Origin: a virus
Taxonomy: Duplodnaviria > Caudoviricetes
DNA: 39,291 nt
Direction: 5' to 3' (one strand)
IMG/VR virus record: IMGVR_UViG_3300005713_000009
Location: 1-39,291 of that record
Translations under genes and position numbers: made by a program
Part shown: piece by piece, positions 25,438-34,369 of the stretch
Position numbering within the stretch: the first letter of the stretch is position 1
Layout: each line of letters opens with the position of its first letter
Notes under the pieces: generated by a model
The model's input: only the letters and a program-made list of their open reading frames with translations
Told to the model about the DNA's origin: nothing
Databases searched by the model: none

Positions 25438-26934
25438 TCATTGCTCATCTGGAGCGGGCGCGCGATCGAGGGTCTTCGCCATCCGTTCGGTCGCCGCGTC
25501 CATGTCCTTTTCGATCTGCGCACGCTCTTTCTTCGGATCGAAATCGGCGGGGAGTCTCCCTGCTGCTGCCAAAATCTTCCAAAGCGTTTCGAGCGTAATC
25601 TGATTCGCGCCGACCATCGCGCTATAGGCCTGAACCTCTTGCGGCGCGAGGATCAGATCATCGAGCGCCGCGCCGAGCTCGACATTGCCGCCAGTCTCGG
25701 CGGATGAATTGAGATATTGCGCATGGAATTTGAGCGCCTGCTCGATCGCATCTTGAAGACTGCGGGCCGCCGTCGCCAGGTCGGATGACTCCTCGAGCTG
25801 ATCGTTTTTCTCCTCGGTCGCCGTGATCGGTCCGGAGGTCTGCTTGACGAGCAATGACAGCCCGAGAATCGACATCCGCTGCTCTATGTCTTTGAGGTCC
25901 TCGCTCGAAGGCTTGAGCCCGGCGCCGGTCGGTTCCGCATACCAAATATTGCCGTTATCTGAAGTCTCCATCACCGCATAAGCGCTCAGGTCCGTGACCG
26001 GCTTAGCTGGAGCGGCCGGCTTGCGGCAGAGGATCGGGCGGCAGAGATGAATGTAGATCGAAAAATCGTTGTATTTCTGATAATGGCTGATATTGAGTAA
26101 GGCCAGGTCTAAGAGCGGCGGCTGCGAGGTCAGCCATCCGGTCTTTCGGCTGTAGACGATGGCGACGGGAATCTCGGCAAGCGATGTGGGGCCGCCCTTT
26201 TCGAATTTGATCTCTCTTTTGGCGCCCGCTGAACTGATCTCACGATATAGCTCCCACTTGCCGGGCCTGAGCACGCGATAGCGAATTACTTTTTCTTCGC
26301 CGTATTCGCCGTCAGATTCATAGGTCTCTTCTTTGAACACGATGAGCGCGAGCCGCTTCTTGCCGTTCACGATCTCCGTGCGCCAGTTGATGATTTTATC
26401 AGCGCAATAGCTCACCCAATTCGGACGGCGCCCGGCTCGATTCTCATCGGCTTGATTGGGAATCTGGCTCGCATCCGCGCTTTCTTCGAGTGGCGGCGGA
26501 TAATCAACGAAGATCGCCGCGTGACCGTCGCGCATCGCATCGCTGAAGAGTTCTTTGCAGAAAACAGCGCCATGCGTTCCGGCGTTATCAATATTCTCCC
26601 ACTGGCCCTCGACTCGGGGGGTTGCCTCGTCGCCTGCCGATTCCCTGCCCCGGATAAATTCCGGAACGTTCTCGCCGAGCTTCGGCTCATTTCTGAAGAC
26701 CATGCCCGTCAATCCGTTGAGCGTCCTGTCGACGGCATTGAAGAAAGTGGCGCGAGCCAGGCGATACGCATAATGCTCGGGCTTTTCGCCGGGTTCCTTC
26801 GGCAGATAGAGCTCGCGCTTCTCGCGCATCCGGAGAGTGCCGGCCACTGTGTCGGACATGATCTCCCAGGCGGGCGCCATATCCTTGTAGGCTTTGCACT
26901 TCCAATCAGCTTGATTTTTCGCTTCATCTGGCAC
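25438..26934 (-). CDS. Portal protein (DUF4055-like)
   Basis: YLPKEPGE...YAYRLARA.FFN, IINWR, PPLLDLA.LN.SHYQ motifs. Confidence 0.9.
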   Translation of the reverse strand: MPDEAKNQADWKCKAYKDMAPAWEIMSDTVAGTLRMREKRELYLPKEPGEKPEHYAYRLARATFFNAVDRTLNGLTGMVFRNEPKLGENVPEFIRGRESAGDEATPRVEGQWENIDNAGTHGAVFCKELFSDAMRDGHAAIFVDYPPPLEESADASQIPNQADENRAGRRPNWVSYCADKIINWRTEIVNGKKRLALIVFKEETYESDGEYGEEKVIRYRVLRPGKWELYREISSAGAKREIKFEKGGPTSLAEIPVAIVYSRKTGWLTSQPPLLDLALLNISHYQKYNDFSIYIHLCRPILCRKPAAPAKPVTDLSAYAVMETSDNGNIWYAEPTGAGLKPSSEDLKDIEQRMSILGLSLLVKQTSGPITATEEKNDQLEESSDLATAARSLQDAIEQALKFHAQYLNSSAETGGNVELGAALDDLILAPQEVQAYSAMVGANQITLETLWKILAAAGRLPADFDPKKERAQIEKDMDAATERMAKTLDRAPAPDEQ

Positions 26935-26940
26935 GGCGGG

Positions 26941-26969
26941 AGAGTAAGACAGGCTGAAGATTTATTTTT
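26941..26969 (-). promoter_or_regulatory. Late promoter motif (portal gene)
   Basis: AAAAATAAAT-N13-TACTCT-N6-GTG. Confidence 0.6.
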
Positions 26970-26982
26970 GAAGCAGGCAGGC

Positions 26983-27022
26983 AAAAAGAAGCGGCCACGT
27001 CGAACCATCAACCGTGGCCGCT
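26983..27022 (-). terminator. Intrinsic terminator after terL
   Basis: AGCGGCCACG / CGTGGCCGCT stem followed by TCTTTTT on the - strand. Confidence 0.65.
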
Positions 27023-27102
27023 CTCAATCAATTACTGGAGGATAACCCGCAGGGAGATTATCATATTCGCGCGGGTTTTTGTTTGCCTGCCTGCTGCCGC
27101 CT

Positions 27103-28590
27103 TTATCTGAAGTAATCCCACTGCTCGAATTGGCCGCTCAGCGCGAGATCGTTGAAGGCGTCCGCGGCGCTATCTACTTGATCCTTGTATTTGCCGCGCG
27201 GGAATTGGCGAAGCTCTTCGATGAAGGCTTTATTCCATCCGCCATTGAGAAGTTTGACATTGCCGATGTTCACCTGAGCCGAGAATGCGAAGGCGCGCGC
27301 CTCCTTCGAGCCGCTGGCCGGCTCGGTCTTCACATTGAATCCGGAGAGCATTCGCGCGAGTGAAATGCTTTGCTTTTTGCCTGCCTGCCCCGGATCTTGC
27401 GGGATGTGAATTCGCACGCCGATTCCGTCGCGCCGGGCAGTGCTCAGGAGTTGAGTTTCAACATCATCGCTCGACCATTGGCCGCGGGCCACATCAAGCA
27501 CATACCAGATGCCTTTGCCATCCTCGCCGATCAACACGCCAGACGTGAACGCCCCGGCGCCCTCGGTGCTCGCCAAGTCCCAACCGCGACACATCAGCAA
27601 ATCTGCCGGGGCCGCATCCACGATTTCGAGCTTCGAGACCTTGAAGAAATCACCCTCTTTGGCGGTCGGTCGCTGCTGAAAGAGCGCATCGAAGAAGTAT
27701 TGTCCGATCCGCTTTGCGATCTTCAGCAATTTTTCGAGGGGCCTGCGCTCCGGACATAGAGCCTCGCCGGGTCGGCGCCAATCGGGCTCAACTGTACAGT
27801 TCGCCGGGAATTGGTTGGGGTCCGGCTCTTCAGCGATCGCCGGCAGATTGACGATATGCCAGCGCTCGCAATCTTCGTCATCTTCGGCCTTGCGCTCCTG
27901 TTCGAGCAGCCAGCCGGCAAGATCGTCTTCATGCCATCGAGTTTGGACGATGATTATGGCGCCGCTCGGGTCGGTATCGGACCAAGGCTCTTCGCGTGTA
28001 TACCATGTCGAGTTCCACCAATCTTGAAGTTTGGCGCGAATGACCTCTGATGCGGCCTCTTCAGCATTCTTGATCGGGTCATCAACCACGAGAAGATGCG
28101 CGCCCTTTCCCGTTACCGGGCCGCCCGCGCCGGTCGCCCATAATCCGCCGCCCTGCCCTGTCTCCCAGTGCTGAACGCCGGCCGCGTCGGGCCTAATCGT
28201 ATGGCCGGCCAATTTGTAGTTATCACGGGCGTTGCGGGAGAGAGTATTGGCGAGGTCGGCGGCGTAACTGCTCAGTCCGACCCATCTCTCGGGATAGCGG
28301 TGAAGGAAATACGCAGTGAAGAGGCGGGAGATCGTTTCGCTTTTGCCGTGGCGCGGGGGCTCGAAGACCATGAGCCGCTTAATCTCGCCATCGGCGACGC
28401 GCTGCAGTAGATCGGCGAGGACCTCGCAATGGCGATACCAACGGTAGCGGGGCGAGACTCTGGCAATAAATTGCCGGAAACTGACTGGATCGGCCGCGAT
28501 CGTCTCATTTATTGCCGCTTGTGGGAGCGTCAGACCCCGACGCATCATCTCCTGCAAGTATGCCCTTTGCCGCGGCGATAAGGTCCTCAT
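27103..28590 (-). CDS. terL: Terminase large subunit
   Basis: Walker A PPRHGKS, Walker B LLVVDDP, TRWH.DD, nuclease WDLA and DQVD motifs. Confidence 0.95.
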   Translation of the reverse strand: MRTLSPRQRAYLQEMMRRGLTLPQAAINETIAADPVSFRQFIARVSPRYRWYRHCEVLADLLQRVADGEIKRLMVFEPPRHGKSETISRLFTAYFLHRYPERWVGLSSYAADLANTLSRNARDNYKLAGHTIRPDAAGVQHWETGQGGGLWATGAGGPVTGKGAHLLVVDDPIKNAEEAASEVIRAKLQDWWNSTWYTREEPWSDTDPSGAIIIVQTRWHEDDLAGWLLEQERKAEDDEDCERWHIVNLPAIAEEPDPNQFPANCTVEPDWRRPGEALCPERRPLEKLLKIAKRIGQYFFDALFQQRPTAKEGDFFKVSKLEIVDAAPADLLMCRGWDLASTEGAGAFTSGVLIGEDGKGIWYVLDVARGQWSSDDVETQLLSTARRDGIGVRIHIPQDPGQAGKKQSISLARMLSGFNVKTEPASGSKEARAFAFSAQVNIGNVKLLNGGWNKAFIEELRQFPRGKYKDQVDSAADAFNDLALSGQFEQWDYFR

Positions 28591-28987
28591 CTGAAAGTTT
28601 TCGTAGATTCACGTCGAATTGATCACGATATTTCTCGGGCCGACCGCCCTTTAACAGAAAGATCATCAGCGTATCACTATACTCCCGCTCGTAATACTGC
28701 TCGCCCGTCGCGGGATCAATAATCGCCGCGCCTTCATGGAATTTCTTTTTGATCAGGCCGTCATGCGCGCGTCGCCGGGCCTCCAATTCCAGCGCATCAA
28801 GCGCCTCGTCAAGCGCCTCATTCCAGGCCTTTGCAAACTCAGCATCATCGGCGCGCCATGCATATGCCGCGGTTCGGCCAATCTTCGCCATCTCGCAGGC
28901 ATATGAAATAACACCCGTTTTTCGCAAGCCATTAAGAAAGAGTTTGCTCTTTTTAGGTGTTCGCACTGTTCGCTTGCCCTTAGACAT
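28505..28987 (-). CDS. terS: Terminase small subunit
   Basis: HTH (AC..AKIGRTAAY.WR..D.EF), LE.EARRRA.DG and YSDTLMIFLLKG.RPEKYRD motifs. Confidence 0.85.
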   Translation of the reverse strand: MSKGKRTVRTPKKSKLFLNGLRKTGVISYACEMAKIGRTAAYAWRADDAEFAKAWNEALDEALDALELEARRRAHDGLIKKKFHEGAAIIDPATGEQYYEREYSDTLMIFLLKGGRPEKYRDQFDVNLRKLSDEDLIAAAKGILAGDDASGSDAPTSGNK

Positions 28988-28996
28988 GATAAGCGC

Positions 28997-29024
28997 AAGA
29001 TACCGGAAGGATTGACTTTATTTC
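28997..29024 (-). promoter_or_regulatory. Late promoter motif (terS)
   Basis: GAAATAAAG-N13-TATCTT-N9-ATG. Confidence 0.5.
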
Positions 29025-29065
29025 GGAAGTGGCGCGAAAAGGTGAGATTATTTGCCTGCTGCCTG

Positions 29066-29392
29066 CTATAAGAGCTCTTTTCCAGCCTGAAATTGATTGC
29101 TGTCGGCGTCCTTGATAAAGCGCCGGGCGAGCTCGAGGAGGGCCGGATCATTCGTATAGGCGCCCGTGATCGTCACCTGGGGCTCGCCCTCGAGCGGGAT
29201 CCGGATCTCGGCGAAGACCTCGCGGCCGTCTGCGCGGTCCTCCCACTCGCCGGCGAGTGGGATCCATCCGGCGGTTAGGACCGCGGATTTCAGATCGTAG
29301 CGACTGATCGGCGTTCGAATGCCATCGATCACCAGATCGAGGAACGGATAACCGTTTCGATCAACCCTATATTTTGCCGACGTTATATTCAT
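29066..29392 (-). CDS. Putative immunity protein for the MuF toxin
   Basis: Small ORF starting 5 nt after the MuF-toxin stop codon. Confidence 0.5.
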   Translation of the reverse strand: MNITSAKYRVDRNGYPFLDLVIDGIRTPISRYDLKSAVLTAGWIPLAGEWEDRADGREVFAEIRIPLEGEPQVTITGAYTNDPALLELARRFIKDADSNQFQAGKELL

Positions 29393-29397
29393 TTCTC

Positions 29398-31953
29398 TCA
29401 GGGATTTTTCCGATAGCCCAAATATTCAAACGAGATGCCCTCGGGCAAAAAGACGAATTCATTTTCTCCATCGCCCATGAACATGCTGTCGCCGGAACCC
29501 GGCGACCGCTCAAGTAAATAGCTCGAGGTAATCCGGTAATGAGGAACATATTGGACGGTCGTTTCAGTTCCGAAGGGGAAAACGGCCTTGTAAAGGCTCG
29601 CCGACTCGTGCGCCCCGCGGAGCAATAGCCGATTGGCCCCGGGAGTCAACTGATTGAACTGCATGACCTGAATATTCTCCGTGCGAATCAGCCTCAAGAG
29701 CTTCTTCTTGCGGTCATTATAACGCAAATCGACCTTGTTTAATAATTCAAAATGGAAAGCGTGCTGAATCTGCCATGCCGCCTTGATCCGGTCTTCGCCC
29801 AATTTCTCGACTGCCTTCGCATAGCGCTCCGTTGCGCTCTCAAAACTCGTTTTCCACCAATAACTTGACGAATCAGCCTCGCGCTGCTTGACCCAAAAGG
29901 CCTTAATCGCGGCCGGAATATTATTCCACGAATTGCCGGCCTGATCTGAGGCGAATCGGCTGATGATCTCGTGATTCGTTCCAGAGCGGCGCATATATTC
30001 GGCCAGATCGCTAATGAGCGAGCCAGCCCCGCGCAGATGATCGAAGCGCAGCCCATTTTCGTCTTTCGGCGTGACGCTCGAGCCTGCCTGCTTCAATGAA
30101 TTCGGCATCCTGGCCACAATCCCATCTTTGCGAATGCCGATCACATGCTTCGTAAAGCCGTCCGTATAATCAGCGACCCATTTATCCTCTTTGAAGGTCT
30201 TCGCCGTCTTGCCGATATACTGCAGTTGCTCGAGCCGACTCTTGACGGTCTCTTTCAGGTCCTCGGGGAGACTTTTGATGAGCTTCGTGCGCTTCTTTGC
30301 GATGGTCTCGATCTGGTCTCCAATGTCATAAATATTCAGACCGCCGAAGACCTTCGCGGTCTGCCGATTGACGCCCCTTTCTCTGAGCGACCAGAGCTCG
30401 GAGGGATACTGGTTCCATTCATCCGCCGTCTTTCTCGCGCCCTGAGCCCGGAACCGGAGGGCCCCGCCGTTATCAATCCGATAGACCTTGCCCTTCTTGC
30501 CGAGGAGGATATTATCTTCGCCGAGGCCGATCACGTCCCAATTTCCGAGCAAGGCATCGGCCGCAAAATGCTTCCTGAGTTCTTCCTCGGCTTTGGCTCG
30601 AGCTTCCCCTGTCAAACTCTTGAGCGGCTTTCCCTCGATGAATTCGGCGAGCTTCACCGGGCCGGTCGCCGTCTCATAGAGCTTCGCCTTCGGCACATTT
30701 ATGCCGAGCGCCTGATATGCCTGATCCGCGGTAAATTCTTCGCGCAAGTGCTCCGCGCTCGAGCCGCGCTTGAGCACGAATTGCTTGCCGGTCGCCGGGT
30801 CGCGCATGAGCGTGGCGCCAGTCGAGCCGCCCAGGGGTTTGACGGTCTCGAGGCCTTCGATTGAATCGGGGAACGGTTTCGGCTTTGCCTGCTTTTTCGG
30901 CTTTTCTGCAGGCGGCGGCGCGGGCTCGGGCGGCCGGGCGGCGTCGCCAGGAAAGCGCCCCTCGCCGGCGAGAGCCCGCTTGACGCTCAACTGATGATAA
31001 CTGTCGCCCCATCTCGGATTCTGCTCGAGGCCTACGAAATCCTCGAGCTTGAGCTTGCCCGCCTTGAACGCCTCGAAGCCGGCATTAGTCCCGATGATCT
31101 CGCGCTGCATCTTCTCATCCTGGCGCTCGAACCAATTGACGCCGCGGTCTACTTCGACACCTCGAACGCTCGGGATCATCGTGCAACGGCAGCGCACATG
31201 GAATTTCTGCGGCTCGCTTACCGGGTGAAACGTTCCGTCGAGGGCAATGCAGGCGGCGCAGGACCTGCTCGAGCGAGCGCTGCGCCAGGTCCAGCCGCGC
31301 ACGATGTCTGCATTCGCCTTATAGTTCTGATGACTCGCCGTGCGATACGCCCTGAGCGTTTCTGTGCGACTGATCATCAGAGCGCGCATTCTATTGAAGT
31401 CGAGCCCCTCGCGGATCTCCCGCGCCGTCTTCGCCGGATTCCATCCGAGCGCGACGGCTTCGACGAGGCCCTTCGCGACGATCTGCCGGCCGTCTCGAGG
31501 CAATTCATCGAGAAGTGATTTGAGCGGCGAGCCATCTCCCAGGAAGCCGACCATGTTCTCGATGGCAGCAGCAGGCAATTTATTGAATGTCGCGCCGATG
31601 CCGGCATCGAGAGCCGCCTTTTCCATCAGGCGGGCAGAATCGGCGAGCCCTTGCCTGCCTGCCTGCCGCTGCTGCCGGGTAATCGTTGAATCTGCGATCT
31701 GGGCGAATCGCTTCATCTGCTCGTCAACCTGGCGCAAGAGATCGCCGTAGCGTTTCTGGCGATAGAGCCATCCCTCGCTTACGATCTCGCCTTTTGCGCG
31801 AGCCTCTGCGATTTGCTGATTGAGGGCGGAGATTTGTTTTAGAAGGCGGGCTGAGATTTGATCATAGGCCGCGATCAGGCGAGACGCCGCGCCGCGCTCA
31901 TTTCGCAGTGCGACGTCTCTGAATTGATTTGCGAGTTCGATAATATCGGGCAC
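29398..31953 (-). CDS. MuF (SPP1 gp7-like) minor head protein fused to kinase-like and ADP-ribosyltransferase-like domains
   Basis: MuF: ISRTE..RAY, C..C..LDG, HVRCRC. Pro-rich linker. Kinase-like: GGST, FVLK, EE, NWD..G...DNILL, IDNG. ART-like: LIRTE, ESAS, ENEFV. Confidence 0.8.
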   Translation of the reverse strand: MPDIIELANQFRDVALRNERGAASRLIAAYDQISARLLKQISALNQQIAEARAKGEIVSEGWLYRQKRYGDLLRQVDEQMKRFAQIADSTITRQQRQAGRQGLADSARLMEKAALDAGIGATFNKLPAAAIENMVGFLGDGSPLKSLLDELPRDGRQIVAKGLVEAVALGWNPAKTAREIREGLDFNRMRALMISRTETLRAYRTASHQNYKANADIVRGWTWRSARSSRSCAACIALDGTFHPVSEPQKFHVRCRCTMIPSVRGVEVDRGVNWFERQDEKMQREIIGTNAGFEAFKAGKLKLEDFVGLEQNPRWGDSYHQLSVKRALAGEGRFPGDAARPPEPAPPPAEKPKKQAKPKPFPDSIEGLETVKPLGGSTGATLMRDPATGKQFVLKRGSSAEHLREEFTADQAYQALGINVPKAKLYETATGPVKLAEFIEGKPLKSLTGEARAKAEEELRKHFAADALLGNWDVIGLGEDNILLGKKGKVYRIDNGGALRFRAQGARKTADEWNQYPSELWSLRERGVNRQTAKVFGGLNIYDIGDQIETIAKKRTKLIKSLPEDLKETVKSRLEQLQYIGKTAKTFKEDKWVADYTDGFTKHVIGIRKDGIVARMPNSLKQAGSSVTPKDENGLRFDHLRGAGSLISDLAEYMRRSGTNHEIISRFASDQAGNSWNNIPAAIKAFWVKQREADSSSYWWKTSFESATERYAKAVEKLGEDRIKAAWQIQHAFHFELLNKVDLRYNDRKKKLLRLIRTENIQVMQFNQLTPGANRLLLRGAHESASLYKAVFPFGTETTVQYVPHYRITSSYLLERSPGSGDSMFMGDGENEFVFLPEGISFEYLGYRKNP

Positions 31954-31960
31954 ACGTTAA

Positions 31961-32677
31961 TCAAAAGATCGAAAAGGCCACGAACGGCCGGGCGATCCAG
32001 TCATATTCCCGGTAAGCGTCGCAGGATGTATTTGCGCAAGCTCGATAAGAGACGCGATCCGCTTCGGCGCCGATCTTAATGTGCAGTCTGCCTCTCAGCT
32101 TGAAGACATAACTCGCGCCGATCCGGTCGCCCTTCAGTTCGGATGATTCCAGATAGCTCGAAAGCGCGCCGCTCGGGAGCTGCACGGGAATGCTCTCGCG
32201 GTTGAGTCTGTCTTCGAAGAGCCGCGTATAGAAGACCTCGTAGCCGCCCGCGCGAGCCCCGAATGTGAGCGTAGGATTGAGCGTGCTATATGGAGCGTCG
32301 CCCAGGCCGAATTGACGCCCATATTCGAAGCCGGCCGCCACGAATGGCTTGAAATAACTCTCGGTCGAGAGATTCCATCGCACTTCGGGCGCAATCTTCA
32401 ATTCCCCGCTCGGTTTGCGAATTCCGCCGTCGCGCGTGAAGAGATCGCCGAGCTCGGCCGTTTTCGAGAGCTTGCCGCGGGCGCGCAATTGAACAGTCGA
32501 GTCTTTGAATTCGGCAATCTTGAAGCCGATGGCGCCATAAGCGTCGGGGAAGCCGACTTTTCTATCGTTCGAGCCGTAGGAAGCGGCGACGCCCGCCTCG
32601 ATGAAGGTTCCGGTCTGAGCGTCGGCAATAATCGCAGTCACAAGAATGACGAAGATGAAGAAAAATATGCGTTTCAT
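31961..32677 (-). CDS. Outer-membrane beta-barrel protein (Lom/Ail-like)
   Basis: Sec signal peptide, amphipathic beta strands, KPFVAAG motif and C-terminal Phe (FVAFSIF). Confidence 0.75.
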   Translation of the reverse strand: MKRIFFFIFVILVTAIIADAQTGTFIEAGVAASYGSNDRKVGFPDAYGAIGFKIAEFKDSTVQLRARGKLSKTAELGDLFTRDGGIRKPSGELKIAPEVRWNLSTESYFKPFVAAGFEYGRQFGLGDAPYSTLNPTLTFGARAGGYEVFYTRLFEDRLNRESIPVQLPSGALSSYLESSELKGDRIGASYVFKLRGRLHIKIGAEADRVSYRACANTSCDAYREYDWIARPFVAFSIF

Positions 32678-32690
32678 AAACTCCTTTGGG

Positions 32691-33152
32691 TTATTTGCTT
32701 GCGCCGACGATGAGCGCGACGCCTGCCGCGACTCCGAATATCAGCGCGAATTTGCGAGCGCGGCCGAGCCGCTTTTCGAGACTTACGAGACGTTTTTCTT
32801 GCTCGGCTTTAGCCTTGATAAGAATCGCCTTCGCATCTCGCTCGGCCGCGATAACTGCTTCAAGTTTGGCGGCGCGCTCGCTCTGCATCTCTCCAATCTG
32901 ATGGAGCGCTTCGATCTCCTTGCGCGCGAGCTCGATGCGCTCATCCGCCGCCGTGATGTCTTCTCGATAGGCTTTGATCAGATCCCGGGCCGCCTTCAAT
33001 TCTTTTGCAGCAGCAGAGCAAGCTCGAGCCGCCCCTTCGCAGTCATTTGCTTGACTGCTCGCAGGGGTAGCCGAGCTCTGAAAGCTGGCGGCATAAATCT
33101 GCGCAGGATATGGCAGCAGCAGGCAAAGCAGGAGCATTGCGGATTTCTTCAT
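32691..33152 (-). CDS. Exported coiled-coil protein with C-terminal TM (spanin-like partner)
   Basis: GGAG SD; signal peptide, Cys pair, coiled coil and hydrophobic tail; overlaps the upstream gene by 110 nt. Confidence 0.55.
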   Translation of the reverse strand: MKKSAMLLLCLLLPYPAQIYAASFQSSATPASSQANDCEGAARACSAAAKELKAARDLIKAYREDITAADERIELARKEIEALHQIGEMQSERAAKLEAVIAAERDAKAILIKAKAEQEKRLVSLEKRLGRARKFALIFGVAAGVALIVGASK

Positions 33153-33504
33153 AGATTTTCTCCAGCGGCATATAGACCGTGCGGGTCTTTTGCAGCTTGA
33201 CATCAGCGGATTTCGCTTGAAGCTCGAGCTCAGCCAGTCGGGCATATTTGGCAATCAGCGCGGTTTTCAGAATGCCTGCCTGCTGCTCCAATGCCTTCGC
33301 TTTTGCTTCAGCTTGCTCGATTCGCTTATCGAACTCATCCAGGCTTTTGTAGTAGCGAGAGCGCTCGATGCTCTCAGCGATGCCGTAGATAATGAATCCG
33401 GCCAGTAGTGCGCCGACAATGATGAGCGCAAATTTGATCAGCTTATTGCGATTCTCTCGGGCATACTCCCCGAGGCGGTATAGGAAATTGCGAAGCATAG
33501 TCAT
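33043..33504 (-). CDS. i-spanin-like protein
   Basis: Single N-terminal TM, long coiled coil and C-terminal Cys residues. Confidence 0.55.
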   Translation of the reverse strand: MTMLRNFLYRLGEYARENRNKLIKFALIIVGALLAGFIIYGIAESIERSRYYKSLDEFDKRIEQAEAKAKALEQQAGILKTALIAKYARLAELELQAKSADVKLQKTRTVYMPLEKIYEEIRNAPALPAAAISCADLCRQLSELGYPCEQSSK

Positions 33505-33797
33505 CTCTCCGTGCGCAGTTCTCGAATCAGCGATTTGACCTCGATGAATCCATCCTTGACGTCAGTTCGCAATGAGGCGATCTCCGATTTCAATTCCTCG
33601 CGCGTGGCGAACTGCTTCGCCGCGCCCTCGAAGACCGTGACGCGATCGCGGATCGGCGCGATGATGCGCTTGTCGAAATCGTCGAGCTTGCGCTGAAAGC
33701 TGAATGAGGCGATGAGCCAGCCGATCGCGGCGAGCAGTAAATCTTTGACTACCTCTCCGAAGATTTCGGTCGGATTCATCGTTTCGATTCTCTCCAT
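33501..33797 (-). CDS. Single-TM coiled-coil protein (holin- or XhlA-like)
   Basis: TM LLLAAIGWLIASF followed by FATREELK...; first gene of the late region. Confidence 0.5.
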   Translation of the reverse strand: MERIETMNPTEIFGEVVKDLLLAAIGWLIASFSFQRKLDDFDKRIIAPIRDRVTVFEGAAKQFATREELKSEIASLRTDVKDGFIEVKSLIRELRTER

Positions 33798-33843
33798 TGG
33801 CGCGCCTCTAAAGGGGACGTGCGGAATTTGCTTCAGCGGTGAA

Positions 33844-33871
33844 AGGCTACCCGTAAGGTGAGATTTATTTT
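33844..33871 (-). promoter_or_regulatory. Late promoter motif (lysis-like operon)
   Basis: AAAATAAAT-N13-TAGCCT. Confidence 0.6.
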
Positions 33872-33949
33872 GAAGAGGGGACGGGCGCCCGCGGGAAGGC
33901 GCCCTTTTCGGAGAAACAAATGACTGAGGGCATCGAAAGCGCGGGGATA

Positions 33950-34369
33950 TTACTCGGAGCGCGATTGATATTTTTCGCTCAAGAAATAAAGCGGCCGGCG
34001 AGCGCCTCGAGCTTGTTCGGTCTTTCCGCCCTGGCGGCGCATTTCGATGATGCCGCGCTCGACGAGATCCTCGAGGATCGGGGCGACTCGGCTCGGCGGG
34101 AGCATCGTCTCGGCGGCTATATATTCCGGGTCATTCGCGCCCGCCTTGATTACCTCGAGGATGTCGCGCTCATCAGGCGTCAGGGCATGCAGCAGGTCGC
34201 CATGCTTCGCCTCTTGCTCGAGGATCGTTCGCCGGACCATCCGAAAAAGCCATGCCGATGTAGACGGCGCGCCGTCGAGCATCGTCGCCCGCTTGAATAA
34301 ACGGTAGAGTGATTTTGATAGCCCTTTAATCTCGACTGAACTGCCTCGAGCCATAGATGTTGACGACAT
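33950..34369 (-). CDS. Transcription regulator (RHH-like N-terminus plus winged HTH)
   Basis: VEIKGLSKSLYRLFK N-terminus; LTPDERDILEVI...IAAET.LP.SRV..ILEDLVERGII wHTH. Confidence 0.75.
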   Translation of the reverse strand: MSSTSMARGSSVEIKGLSKSLYRLFKRATMLDGAPSTSAWLFRMVRRTILEQEAKHGDLLHALTPDERDILEVIKAGANDPEYIAAETMLPPSRVAPILEDLVERGIIEMRRQGGKTEQARGARRPLYFLSEKYQSRSE

